Shown here piece after piece: positions 27,158 to 36,429 of a stretch of DNA of 64,000 nucleotides. Both the position numbers and the translations under genes were made by a program. Origin of the DNA: Candidatus Altimarinota bacterium (GTDB lineage: Bacteria; Patescibacteriota; Gracilibacteria; UBA1369); NCBI GenBank assembly GCA_041738505.1, contig JBGSPQ010000040.1:6092-70091 (forward strand), written 5' to 3'. How positions within the stretch are numbered: the first letter of the stretch is position 1; every line of letters starts with the position of its first letter. The notes below the pieces were generated by a model. The model made no database searches. It saw only the letters and a list, made by a program, of their open reading frames with translations, and was not told the origin of the DNA.

Positions 27158-28449
27158 GGTGTCAGGCGGTGAATCATTCTGGGGAAGGGAATTGATTCGC
27201 GGACGTGGTCCAGACCGCAAATCCAGGTGACTAGCCGTTCCAGACCGAATCCGAAACCGCTGTGTGGTACGGAGCCGTATTTGCGGAGGTCCAGATACCA
27301 AGAGAATGCCTCCATTGGCAGGTTGTGTTCTTTGATGCGCTCCACCAACGTGTTGTAGTCGTCTTCGCGCTGGCTGCCGCCGATCACTTCTCCGTAGCCT
27401 TCGGGGGCCAGCAGGTCGGCGCAGAGGGCGCGCGTGGGATCTAAAGGGTCTCTCTTCATATAGAAAGCTTTGACGGCGGAGGGGTATTTTTCCACAAATA
27501 TCGGTTTGTCGTATTTTTTGGTGAGGATGGTCTCGTCGTCGCCGCCCAGATCGTCCATATCCCCAATGTCCGAGCCCATTTCCCGCAGTTCTTTAATAAC
27601 TTCCGAGTGCGTCTTGCGGATAAATGGCGGCTCGATTTTGGTCAGCGGCTCAACGTTTCTTTCCAGAGTTTCCAGGTCTTTCTTGTTTCTCTCCAACACG
27701 GTTTTGACAATGTATGTGACCAGTCCTTCCTGAATGGCTATATTTTCATCATGTTCCACGAAAGCGGCTTCCGCGTCCATCATCCAGAATTCGGTAAGAT
27801 GTCTGCGGGTTTTGCTTTTTTCGGCGCGGAAAACGGGTCCGAAATCAAAACATCTCCCCACTCCGAAAATGGCCGCTTCAATGTACAATTGTCCGGACTG
27901 GCTTAAATAAGCCTTTCCCTCTTCAAAATAATCCACTTCAAAAAGTTCGGTGGTGCCTTCGCAGGCGCTGGGGGTGAAAATGGGCGCATCAATTTTAATG
28001 AATCCCTCTTTGTTCAGATATTCGTAGGTGGCGTTAATGATGGTGTTTCGCACTTTCTGAATAGCCACCTGTCGGTTGGAGCGGAGCCATAAATGGCGGT
28101 TGTCCAAAAGGAAATCGGGGCCGTGCTCCTTTTTGCCGATGGGGTATTCCTCTTCGCACAAATGTACGATTTCCAGTCCTGTGACATGTAATTCGTAAAC
28201 ATCCTCGTGTTTGGGGTGTTTGGAAACTTTACCGGTGACTTTTAGGGATGATTCCATGGTTAATTTTTCCGCGGTGGCCAGTACTTCCGGGCTTACCGCC
28301 GAGGCTTCCACCACTCCCTGAGTAAAGCCGCTGCCGTCGCGGAGCTGCAGAAAGTAAATTTTCCCGCTGCCGCGTTTGTTGAACATCCAGCCCTGAATGG
28401 TTACTTCCTTGTCCACGTGGTCTTTGAATTTGGAAATTGTGGTGATCAT
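27154..28449 (-). CDS. asnS: asparagine--tRNA ligase (class IIb; an AspRS assignment is not fully excluded)
   Basis: 431 aa with an OB anticodon domain (VTIQGWMFNKRGSGKIYFLQLRDGSGFTQ). Motif 2 is FRAEKSKTRRHLTEFWMMDAE; the EFW context favours AsnRS. Motif 3 is GFGFGLERLVTWICGLDHVRESIPFPR. Confidence 0.75.
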   Translation of the reverse strand: MITTISKFKDHVDKEVTIQGWMFNKRGSGKIYFLQLRDGSGFTQGVVEASAVSPEVLATAEKLTMESSLKVTGKVSKHPKHEDVYELHVTGLEIVHLCEEEYPIGKKEHGPDFLLDNRHLWLRSNRQVAIQKVRNTIINATYEYLNKEGFIKIDAPIFTPSACEGTTELFEVDYFEEGKAYLSQSGQLYIEAAIFGVGRCFDFGPVFRAEKSKTRRHLTEFWMMDAEAAFVEHDENIAIQEGLVTYIVKTVLERNKKDLETLERNVEPLTKIEPPFIRKTHSEVIKELREMGSDIGDMDDLGGDDETILTKKYDKPIFVEKYPSAVKAFYMKRDPLDPTRALCADLLAPEGYGEVIGGSQREDDYNTLVERIKEHNLPMEAFSWYLDLRKYGSVPHSGFGFGLERLVTWICGLDHVRESIPFPRMIHRLTP

Positions 28450-28506
28450 GTAGAATTTAGTAATTGGGTCGGGGAAAGGATAAAGAAAGAGTCTTTTATT
28501 ATCAAG

Positions 28507-30537
28507 ATGTTTGACTTTTTTACAAAAATGATGTTTAGTAGTCCGCCTTGTTTATTAATCAGTCCTATTATGTTGGAAAATAAAGATTTACCCGAGCAAC
28601 AGGAGCATAATTTTACCACGGAAGGCAGGAAAATTGTGGATAAATTAGAGGCCTATGTCAGACCCATTGTGGATACTGCGGGGCCGATATTGGATAAGGC
28701 GCGGCCGGTATGGGACAGGCTTTCTTCTACCAATAAACGAATTATCGCGATTCTGGGTATTGCGGCTGCAGCCGGAACCGGATCTTTTATATGTGCGAAT
28801 GGAGGTGAATCGGATGATAAGAGATCCGTTGTAACGGCTCCGGGCAGTGTTGATGGGACCGGTGATACGGATATCCGATCCAATCCCGATTCGGATATGC
28901 GAAAGATTCCCCCTGAATATAACGAGCCTGAAGAGGTGCTGGCCGAGGGTGCGCTGAAAACTTATAAATTTGATAACGCGGAGGTGACGGCATCATGGTA
29001 CTGGCTTTTAACCACGGCCCGCGCCGAGGGGTGGAAAGGCGGAATCAGTACTAAAAAGAAGGGTCTTAGGACCTATAAGGAGCAAAAATTTCTTTGGGAT
29101 GAATATCAAGCGGGAAGAGGTGATGCGGCTTTCAATCCGGACGGACCTAACGCGCATAAGGCAAGGCATTTGCTTACCAGTGTGGTAAGAGATGGAAATG
29201 ACTGGAATATTGCCATTGATACAGAAACCGAGCACGTTCTTGAGTTAATAAATATCGCCAAAAAACATGGTGTTATTTTGCATCGGCCGCACATGCGGAA
29301 GAAAAAGAACGGCCAGTGGACTGAAACATGGCATGTAGAGTCCAAAACACCGTTTTCGCCTCCGGCGGATTTTAAGATATCCGATCATGCAAATATTCAC
29401 TGTCTTGATAAGAAAGGAAATTTGCTTACGAATAAGTGTTCCAGGATTGTGTTAAAGTCTGCAGAAGAAGTGCCAGAAGGCGACGGTATGGATGAAGTTG
29501 CGGTGGAAGCCGGAGCTATGGAGCATCCTAAATTTGATGTTGTCGCCGAGGCCGCAAGGGCCAGGAGTCTTTTAAAGGATATTGAGACATACAATCATGT
29601 GGATAGAAAAGAAAATCGAAATAAAGATGATGAAAGTTTTAATGTTCTTCTGGCTGTGAGAAGAAATGATTCTGAGAAGATTGAATATGTAACATCAAGG
29701 CCGGACGGCCGCGTGACCAAAGGGTTTAAGGTCACTCGAGGCAAGCGGAACGGAGTAAATACGGCTTATATGATTGAAGAGCCGAGAGGGTTTTTTACAT
29801 TGGCGATTAAAAGGATTAAAAGTGTGGCGGGTACCAACAGGGAGATCGTTTATAGTCCTTATTCACCAAAACTGGATACACCGGAAGTGCGCAGAAGCGG
29901 CGCGGATTATTTGAATTCGTTGATTTATCGGGGCAAGGAGGCTTTGGATGTGAAAAAAGTTAAATCCGATGTCGATCGGGATGCGAGTGTCGCAAGTACC
30001 GTTCCGGACAGGCTGATTTTTACTTTGGCGCTGATAGAACATATGGATTATTTTGAATTGAAAAGGGGTAAATCAATGGAAGATCTTGCTAAAAGGACTC
30101 TGGCGATTATCGGGCTTAACGGCAGGAACGCCTATGATTATGTGCATTCCGACGCGGGCGCGAGGGGACTTTTTCAGCTTATGCCGGATACTTACAGACA
30201 GATTGACATGATGAATCCCGCCGCAAAATTGGAGGACGATCATGTTGCCGGTTCAATGGATCATATGAACGCGGTGCAAACGGCGATTGTTTTGACCGAC
30301 CATAATATGGATCTGCTTGGCAATAATGACAAAAATCTGGCGGAAATAATGAAAGATGATTCGATGAATAGGGGGATGTTGTTGGCGGCGGTTTATAACG
30401 GTGGGAATACACGTCTTGTGCAAGCTTATAAAGAGCATGGAGACGACTGGATGCATTATCTGCCCGAAGAAACCAGAGGCTACGTGGAAAAATTTGTGGC
30501 GGTTATGAAACTGTTGGAAGAGAAAAAGTTGCCCTAA
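28507..30537 (+). CDS. membrane-anchored cell-wall hydrolase: M15 (VanY/LAS-type) peptidase-like domain fused to a lytic transglycosylase (SLT) domain
   Basis: Start placed at the ATG at 28507 (or 28571); the track start at 28417 would overlap asnS. A TM segment (IIAILGIAAAAGTGSFIC) is present. GLRTYKEQKFLWDEY, ..HKARHLL..NIAID.. and ETWHVE fit the LAS/M15 pattern. The C-terminal GARGLFQLMPDTY and AAVYNGG fit SLT family motifs. Confidence 0.55.
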   Translation: MFDFFTKMMFSSPPCLLISPIMLENKDLPEQQEHNFTTEGRKIVDKLEAYVRPIVDTAGPILDKARPVWDRLSSTNKRIIAILGIAAAAGTGSFICANGGESDDKRSVVTAPGSVDGTGDTDIRSNPDSDMRKIPPEYNEPEEVLAEGALKTYKFDNAEVTASWYWLLTTARAEGWKGGISTKKKGLRTYKEQKFLWDEYQAGRGDAAFNPDGPNAHKARHLLTSVVRDGNDWNIAIDTETEHVLELINIAKKHGVILHRPHMRKKKNGQWTETWHVESKTPFSPPADFKISDHANIHCLDKKGNLLTNKCSRIVLKSAEEVPEGDGMDEVAVEAGAMEHPKFDVVAEAARARSLLKDIETYNHVDRKENRNKDDESFNVLLAVRRNDSEKIEYVTSRPDGRVTKGFKVTRGKRNGVNTAYMIEEPRGFFTLAIKRIKSVAGTNREIVYSPYSPKLDTPEVRRSGADYLNSLIYRGKEALDVKKVKSDVDRDASVASTVPDRLIFTLALIEHMDYFELKRGKSMEDLAKRTLAIIGLNGRNAYDYVHSDAGARGLFQLMPDTYRQIDMMNPAAKLEDDHVAGSMDHMNAVQTAIVLTDHNMDLLGNNDKNLAEIMKDDSMNRGMLLAAVYNGGNTRLVQAYKEHGDDWMHYLPEETRGYVEKFVAVMKLLEEKKLP

Positions 30538-30622
30538 ATCAGCCGGTTTTTTGAAATAGCGTAACGCTTCGGTATTGACTTTCGTTATAAAATAGGCTAT
30601 AGATATAGAACCGAATTGATTT

Positions 30623-32395
30623 ATGACAATTATGAAACCATATCTCGCATACATATGGGGGATTACCTCAAAGAAAAAAAAGGAGCTGGCTGCTCTGTTT
30701 TTTCTGATAACGGTTGATACTGTGGCGCGCCTTATTCAGCCTTATTTGTACATGGTGGTGGTGGATTTGCTGACTGATGGATTGGTGGGCGGCGAATTTA
30801 CGCAACAGATGGTCAATTTATTACTGACGGTGATAGCGGTATGGTTTGGATTGGCTGTTATCAACAACCTGGTGGATGCCCAGCGACATTATCTGGGGTG
30901 GGCTATCTCAAGCGATGTGGCGCAGATTGTGCATCTTCAGGGATACAGGAAATTGCTGAAAATGGATTATAACAAGCATACCAAGAGGCATTCCAATCAA
31001 TATACCCGCCTGGTGGATGATGCCGATACGGCCACATGGGAACTTTCCAACTGGTGGTTGAACCGGATTATTCCTTCGGTGCTGGGTTTTGCAGGGATGC
31101 TTGTGATTGCTTTCAGCGTCAGCTGGCAGATGACTTTGATCTCACTTTCGGTGGTGCCTCCGGGGTTGTTTGTGATTATTTTCATGATGAAGAAATATGA
31201 GGATGAGCAGCACAGGGTGAATAAGCTCTGGAACAAGAAATCCGAACATTTAAGCGATCAGGTGGCAAATATCATCACTTATAAGCTGAATCAGGACGAG
31301 AGTCGGTTTATGAAAGTGCAGAAAGGTTATGCCGACAGGGCGACAATCGCGCAGTTGAATATCAATAAAAAATGGAGGACGACAATGTTTTTGAATCCGG
31401 ATGTGATAGCGCGGTTTCTGGTGATGGGAGTGGGTGTCTGGTTCGTTAAAGAGGGGATGATCACCTTGGGTACGCTGTTTATGTTTATGGGGTTGTTGAA
31501 TGAAATTCTGGTGCCGCTGAATCTACTTGGCGATATTCTTCCTCAGTACAACAGGAGGGCGCGGCATGTGGAAAGGCAAATCAACCTTATGCAGGATGAG
31601 GATGATGTAAAAAATCCGCGAAGAAGTTTGAAACTTAAAACAATCGAGGGAAAAATCGAGCTTAAAAACGTTTCGTATGTTTATCCCGGTAATGCAAACG
31701 GGGAAGCCACAATCAAGAATATGTCGTTGACGATTGAACCCGGTCAACAGGTGGCGATGGTTGGTCATTCCGGCTGTGGGAAAACAACGCTGGTTTCGCT
31801 AATCACCCGTCTGGCCGATCCCACGGAGGGAAGCATACTGGTGGATGGAGTTGATATCCGCAAATTTAAGCAGGATGACTACAGAAGATTTATCGGAACG
31901 GTTTTGCAGGAACATTCTTTGTACAATGAAACGGTCGCGGAGAATATTGCTTACGGTCGGCCCGAAGCTTCCAGAAGGGCGATTGTCGCGGCGGCGAAAA
32001 TGGCGCAGGCCCATGAATTTATCAGCAGACTTCCGGAAAAGTATGACACCCGCATCGGTGAAAGAGGAGTACGGCTATCCGGTGGGGAAAAACAGCGGCT
32101 GGCGATTGCCCGTGCGATATTAAAGAATCCGCGGATAGTGGTTCTGGATGAGCCGACGAGCGCGCTGGACAGTATCACCGAAGCCAAAGTGCAGAAGGGT
32201 TTGATGAGGCTGATTGAGGGCAGGACGTCCATTACGGTCGCCCACCGCCTTTCCACCGTAAGAAACGCGGATAAGATTCTGGTGATCGAAAGAGGTCGGC
32301 TGGTGGCTCACGGCACGCATTTGGAACTGGTGAAAAATTGCGCCCAATACCGGGATATGGTTGATTTGCAGACCGGCGGGTTTCTGGCGGAGTGA
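30623..32395 (+). CDS. ABC exporter, fused permease/ATPase (MsbA/type I exporter-like)
   Basis: 590 aa with six TM helices. Walker A is GHSGCGKTT, the signature is LSGGEKQRLAIARA, Walker B is IVVLDEPTSALD, and an H-loop is present. Confidence 0.9.
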   Translation: MTIMKPYLAYIWGITSKKKKELAALFFLITVDTVARLIQPYLYMVVVDLLTDGLVGGEFTQQMVNLLLTVIAVWFGLAVINNLVDAQRHYLGWAISSDVAQIVHLQGYRKLLKMDYNKHTKRHSNQYTRLVDDADTATWELSNWWLNRIIPSVLGFAGMLVIAFSVSWQMTLISLSVVPPGLFVIIFMMKKYEDEQHRVNKLWNKKSEHLSDQVANIITYKLNQDESRFMKVQKGYADRATIAQLNINKKWRTTMFLNPDVIARFLVMGVGVWFVKEGMITLGTLFMFMGLLNEILVPLNLLGDILPQYNRRARHVERQINLMQDEDDVKNPRRSLKLKTIEGKIELKNVSYVYPGNANGEATIKNMSLTIEPGQQVAMVGHSGCGKTTLVSLITRLADPTEGSILVDGVDIRKFKQDDYRRFIGTVLQEHSLYNETVAENIAYGRPEASRRAIVAAAKMAQAHEFISRLPEKYDTRIGERGVRLSGGEKQRLAIARAILKNPRIVVLDEPTSALDSITEAKVQKGLMRLIEGRTSITVAHRLSTVRNADKILVIERGRLVAHGTHLELVKNCAQYRDMVDLQTGGFLAE

Positions 32396-32494
32396 TGATA
32401 GTTTTTGAAAATGAGGGATTCTGTGTAATACTGCTGTTAGCTGACAGGTTATATATAAATCAATTTACTATTTTATTTGTTAACACTTTTTCAT

Positions 32495-34039
32495 ATGAAA
32501 AAAATTGTTTCCATGCTGGCGATGCTGGCAATGTTTATTATCCCCATGGGGGCTCAGGCGTGGACGTTTATTCCGATTAATACCATTATCAAGGTGGTGA
32601 CGCCGGTGCAGACTCCCACGGTTATTAAAACACCCTCCATGGTGATTAATTCAACAGAGCCTGGTACCCTGGAATATCCGGATGAATGTGTCGGCGACAA
32701 GACAAGCATCAGCGCCGATCAGGATACAACGATCACTTTTGACCAGTTGGCTGTAGGTGTTTATGACAGTTGTAGAATCATTCTTCATTATACCGAATGG
32801 AATGGGTATGTAATTTTGAAGACATCGACTTTGTATGTACCGGATTTTGAAGTCATTAATTTTGTGATACCACCTCTTGATTTTACGGATCCGGTTTTGA
32901 CCGAAGAGACCAAAGTGCCGACTCCCAGTTTTGATTCCACTCCCGACTATACGTTTAACTCAACCGAGGCGGGGGATATTACTGTCGGAGGTGCATGTTC
33001 CAGTACCAAGACCGATGCTATTGCGGGACCCAACCCCATTGCATTCAACTCTTTGACTCCCGGAACATACAGTAACTGTACTATCACCGTTACCGATAAC
33101 GCAGGGAATGCGAGTAGTCCTTTGGCGGTGAACACCTTTACGATTCAGACTTTTGTTGTTATTCCCGGTGACACCACTGCGCCCTCTCTGGATATGATTT
33201 CACCGGTGGCGACGCCAACAACCGATACCACTCCAAATCTGACTTTTTGGTCTTCGGAAGCGGGTACAATCACTTATACCGGAAGTTGCGCCAGTGATGA
33301 TGTGACAGCAGACTCGGGGAATAACACAATCACATTAAAAAATCTTGCCACGGGGACTTACAACAACTGTTATCTGCGGGTGACGGATTTGTCCGCCAAT
33401 GGCAATGTCAGTGCATGGCTTAGTATTCCGTCTTTTACGATTACGACATCCTCCGTTAATCCGCCCGTTGATCCCGCCGATTATTGCGCGGGGTTTGTTG
33501 ATGTAAGCAAGACCGACAGCGACTGTGACGCGATTACCTATGTTAAGAGCATTGGAGCAATGACGGGAAATCCGAACGGTACTTTTGAACCGTCCGCCAA
33601 TTTGCAGAGAGATCAGGTGGCCAAAATTTCTCTGGAGACACATGATCTTTTCAACAGTGCCCAAAATTACTGTAGTGGAAATCCTTTCCCGGATGTTACA
33701 ACCAATGCGTGGTCTTATCAGTATATTTGCCGCGGTGTGGAATTGGGAATGATTACGGGTTACGCATCGGGCGCGGATGCAGGTTATTACAGGCCGGCCC
33801 GTTCGGTAAACCGTGTGGAGTTTTTGGCTTTGATTCTGCGCAATCTGAACGAAACCATGCCAAGCATCAACAGTTCTTCTTATAATGATGTAGAGAGTGG
33901 GCAATGGTACAGCGGATACGCGAAATATTCATACGACAACAGTCTGTTTACGGGTGCTTCTCTTAATCCGGACAGATTTGTGACAAGGCGCGAAGTGGCC
34001 AGGGTAATTAACCAACTGCACGATCTGAATAAGATTTAG
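32495..34039 (+). CDS. secreted surface protein: three Ig-like repeats plus three C-terminal SLH domains
   Basis: Start at MKKIVSMLAMLAMFIIPMGAQA (signal peptide). Three approximately 95-aa repeats have the form TP.(F/T)DSTP..TF.S.EAG.IT..G.C.S......G.N.I....L..GTY.NC.I.VTD.AGN. The C-terminus has three SLH units (FVDVSKTD..; FPDVTTNAWSYQY..GMITGY; YNDVESGQWYSGY..). Confidence 0.7.
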   Translation: MKKIVSMLAMLAMFIIPMGAQAWTFIPINTIIKVVTPVQTPTVIKTPSMVINSTEPGTLEYPDECVGDKTSISADQDTTITFDQLAVGVYDSCRIILHYTEWNGYVILKTSTLYVPDFEVINFVIPPLDFTDPVLTEETKVPTPSFDSTPDYTFNSTEAGDITVGGACSSTKTDAIAGPNPIAFNSLTPGTYSNCTITVTDNAGNASSPLAVNTFTIQTFVVIPGDTTAPSLDMISPVATPTTDTTPNLTFWSSEAGTITYTGSCASDDVTADSGNNTITLKNLATGTYNNCYLRVTDLSANGNVSAWLSIPSFTITTSSVNPPVDPADYCAGFVDVSKTDSDCDAITYVKSIGAMTGNPNGTFEPSANLQRDQVAKISLETHDLFNSAQNYCSGNPFPDVTTNAWSYQYICRGVELGMITGYASGADAGYYRPARSVNRVEFLALILRNLNETMPSINSSSYNDVESGQWYSGYAKYSYDNSLFTGASLNPDRFVTRREVARVINQLHDLNKI

Positions 34040-34638
34040 TCGGTTTGTACGCCCAGTTCGCGAAGCATTTCTTTTAATTGAAACAGAGGGAGACCTATCA
34101 CGTTGTGGTAGTCTCCCTCTATTGTTTGTACGTATTTGCCGCTTTCGCCTTCAATGGTGAGCGCGCCGGCGACGTTTAACACGTCGTCTTTTTTGATGAT
34201 TTGGCGGATGATCGCGGGGGTGAGTCTGGCGAAGGTGAGTTTTGTTGAGGTGTGGGAGATGAGTTCGCGGTCTATTTTGCCTTTGTTGTCGGTTTTGATT
34301 ACGGCCAGTCCGGTGTGGACGAATACGGTGTTTTCGCTCATTTGCGCGATCATTTGTTCTGCCTCTTTGCGGGTGCGGGGTTTGCCCATGATATGGTTGT
34401 CTATGGTGCCGAAAGTGTCCGCTCCGATGATGATGCTTTTTGGGAATTTATGAGCGACGTGTTTTGCTTTTTCGGATGCCAGAAATGTCGCGAGTAATTT
34501 TGGGTCCTTAAATTTTCTCATATCTTCTTCGTAATTGCCCGTATGGATTTCAAAAGGTATGCCAAGTTCTTTGAGCAGTTTTTTTCTGGCGGGCGACCCG
34601 GAGGCAAGGATGATGCGGGGAGGAGTAGGAGTGCTCAT
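34036..34638 (-). CDS. maf: Maf-family nucleoside triphosphate pyrophosphatase
   Basis: 200 aa. IILASGSPARKKLLKELGIPFE.., IIGADT and G.AGA.TIEG are typical Maf blocks. Confidence 0.85.
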   Translation of the reverse strand: MSTPTPPRIILASGSPARKKLLKELGIPFEIHTGNYEEDMRKFKDPKLLATFLASEKAKHVAHKFPKSIIIGADTFGTIDNHIMGKPRTRKEAEQMIAQMSENTVFVHTGLAVIKTDNKGKIDRELISHTSTKLTFARLTPAIIRQIIKKDDVLNVAGALTIEGESGKYVQTIEGDYHNVIGLPLFQLKEMLRELGVQTD

Positions 34639-34647
34639 GTTGACGGA

Positions 34648-35463
34648 TTAGCGAACCAGTACCAGGCTGACGGCCATAACCGCCATGCCGGCCAACAGTC
34701 CGTAAATGGAAAGATGGTGTTCTCCGTATTCGCGGGCGGTGGGTAACAGCTGGTCAAGAGATATAAATACCATAATACCGGCTATCGCTCCCAGCAATAT
34801 GCCGATGGCTATTCCGTTGAATATGAAAACAAAAAGAATCAGACCCACCAGCGCGCCGAGTGTTTCGGCCAATCCGGATAGAAATGAATAAAGGAAAGCT
34901 TTTTTGCGGCTGCCGGTGGCGTAGAAAATGGGGATTGAAACGGCGATTCCTTCGGGGATGTTGTGTATTGCTATTGCTATGGCGATGGCGATTCCCAGGC
35001 GGGGGTCGGTTAAGGCTGTTGCAAAAGTGGCCAGACCTTCGGGAAAATTATGTACCGCAATTGCGATTGCCGTTAAAACTCCCACTCGTAATAGTTTTCT
35101 CTTTTTTTTTGCTTCTTCTTTGTCGTACATTTCCTCCACTTTGTGAATTTCATGCGGGTTTTCAAACGACGGAATGAATTTGTCTATTATCGCGATCAGT
35201 AAAATCCCTCCAAAAAACGCGGCGATGGTTATCCACATGCCGTTTTTTTCGCCCAATTGTTCCATAAGTCTTTCCTGGGAGTCGCATAAAAGTTCCATGA
35301 AAGAGATGAAAATCATCACTCCCGCGGAAAAACCCAGTGCAACGGAAAGGAATTTGGTATTGGTTCGTTTGGTGAAAAATGCCAAAGCACTGCCGATGCC
35401 TGTTGCCAGACCGGCAAGCAGTGTAAGCGAAAACGCAAATAAAATTGTTGTTGTGTCCGGCAC
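34648..35463 (-). CDS. zupT: ZIP-family zinc transporter ZupT
   Basis: 271 aa, polytopic, with the paired motifs AVHNFPEGLA and AIHNIPEGIA characteristic of ZupT/ZIP. Confidence 0.88.
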   Translation of the reverse strand: MPDTTTILFAFSLTLLAGLATGIGSALAFFTKRTNTKFLSVALGFSAGVMIFISFMELLCDSQERLMEQLGEKNGMWITIAAFFGGILLIAIIDKFIPSFENPHEIHKVEEMYDKEEAKKKRKLLRVGVLTAIAIAVHNFPEGLATFATALTDPRLGIAIAIAIAIHNIPEGIAVSIPIFYATGSRKKAFLYSFLSGLAETLGALVGLILFVFIFNGIAIGILLGAIAGIMVFISLDQLLPTAREYGEHHLSIYGLLAGMAVMAVSLVLVR

Positions 35464-35467
35464 TTTT

Positions 35468-36346
35468 TTAGATTCGGCTTAAGATTTTTTCGGCGAGGAC
35501 TTTTTCAATCTGCAGGTGGACGTCTGTGTCGGCATTGCCAAACCCCAGACCGACCGTGACTGTGAAAAATGACTGTTTGTCGGGGGATAATACATTCAGC
35601 CCGGCTCCGGGGGTTAGTCCGGTTCCGCCAAAGTACGCTTCACTGCCAAGTCCGTTTACCGGCGTTGCGCTCTCGGCAAATTCCTTTGTTCCGGCGAAAA
35701 GTGTTTCCGCGGTTTGGCCGGCGGTTATCATTTCGGGGTTCATCTCGGACTGGCCGGTAAAGGACAGTTGGGCGAAAATCATGTTGTCGGGATCCAGATC
35801 GTAAAAACAGATTTTCTGGCCGACGACGTTAGCCACCGTGTCATGGGTTGTGATTGTGGCTGTTTTGCCGGGAAAGTGTGCGGCAAGATCTTCCGCTGTC
35901 ATGAGTTCGCAGGGGTCGTATGATATTTGGTTTTCAGCAGTGGAAACCGGATCTTCTTTCGCGGGTTCAGTCGTGTTTTCCCCTACCTTTCCGATGTAAT
36001 ACTGTTCCAGAGCCGCGTTTGCTTGTTCCGAGTGTGTGTGTGAGGGACCCGTTCCCATGGGGCGGTTTTCATAGAGAATAGTGGCGTCAATACCGCATCC
36101 CTCCAGGATGGTTTCCTCTCCCGGATGTTTGGCGATGTATTCGGTTACGTCGTATACTTTGCCGTCAAGAATCATCCAGCAGTCTTCAAATGTGGAACGG
36201 GCGGCGACCTCTTCTTCTGTGATATATTTGACCATTTTGCCGTTGGTCTGGACCGGAGGTTTTGGAGTAACCGTTGGTTGCTGGCAGGCGGAAAAAAGTG
36301 TGAATACAAGAATCAGTGCCAATAAAAAGGATGTTTTTTTTATCAT
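35468..36346 (-). CDS. lipoprotein with a cytochrome b5-like heme/steroid-binding domain
   Basis: Start at MIKKTSFLLALILVFTLFSAC (lipobox). EEVAARSTFEDCWMILDGKVYDVTEYIAKHPGEETILEGCG matches the cyt-b5-like fold signature (..W..i.g.VYDvt.f...HPGG). The C-terminal approximately 170 aa are unassigned. Confidence 0.6.
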   Translation of the reverse strand: MIKKTSFLLALILVFTLFSACQQPTVTPKPPVQTNGKMVKYITEEEVAARSTFEDCWMILDGKVYDVTEYIAKHPGEETILEGCGIDATILYENRPMGTGPSHTHSEQANAALEQYYIGKVGENTTEPAKEDPVSTAENQISYDPCELMTAEDLAAHFPGKTATITTHDTVANVVGQKICFYDLDPDNMIFAQLSFTGQSEMNPEMITAGQTAETLFAGTKEFAESATPVNGLGSEAYFGGTGLTPGAGLNVLSPDKQSFFTVTVGLGFGNADTDVHLQIEKVLAEKILSRI

Positions 36347-36429
36347 GGGAAAAAATTTTGCTTTTAAGAAAATTGACACTTTAAAAGTATGCCTTTTTTT
36401 GAGATAACTGGCAAATTACAGAGAGGAGT

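Noticed and set aside
28417-28506. Upstream alternative start extending the M15/SLT hydrolase by 30 aa
   Set aside because: It would overlap the asnS start region on the opposite strand and adds a non-signal-like peptide. An ATG at 28507 (or 28571) fits better.
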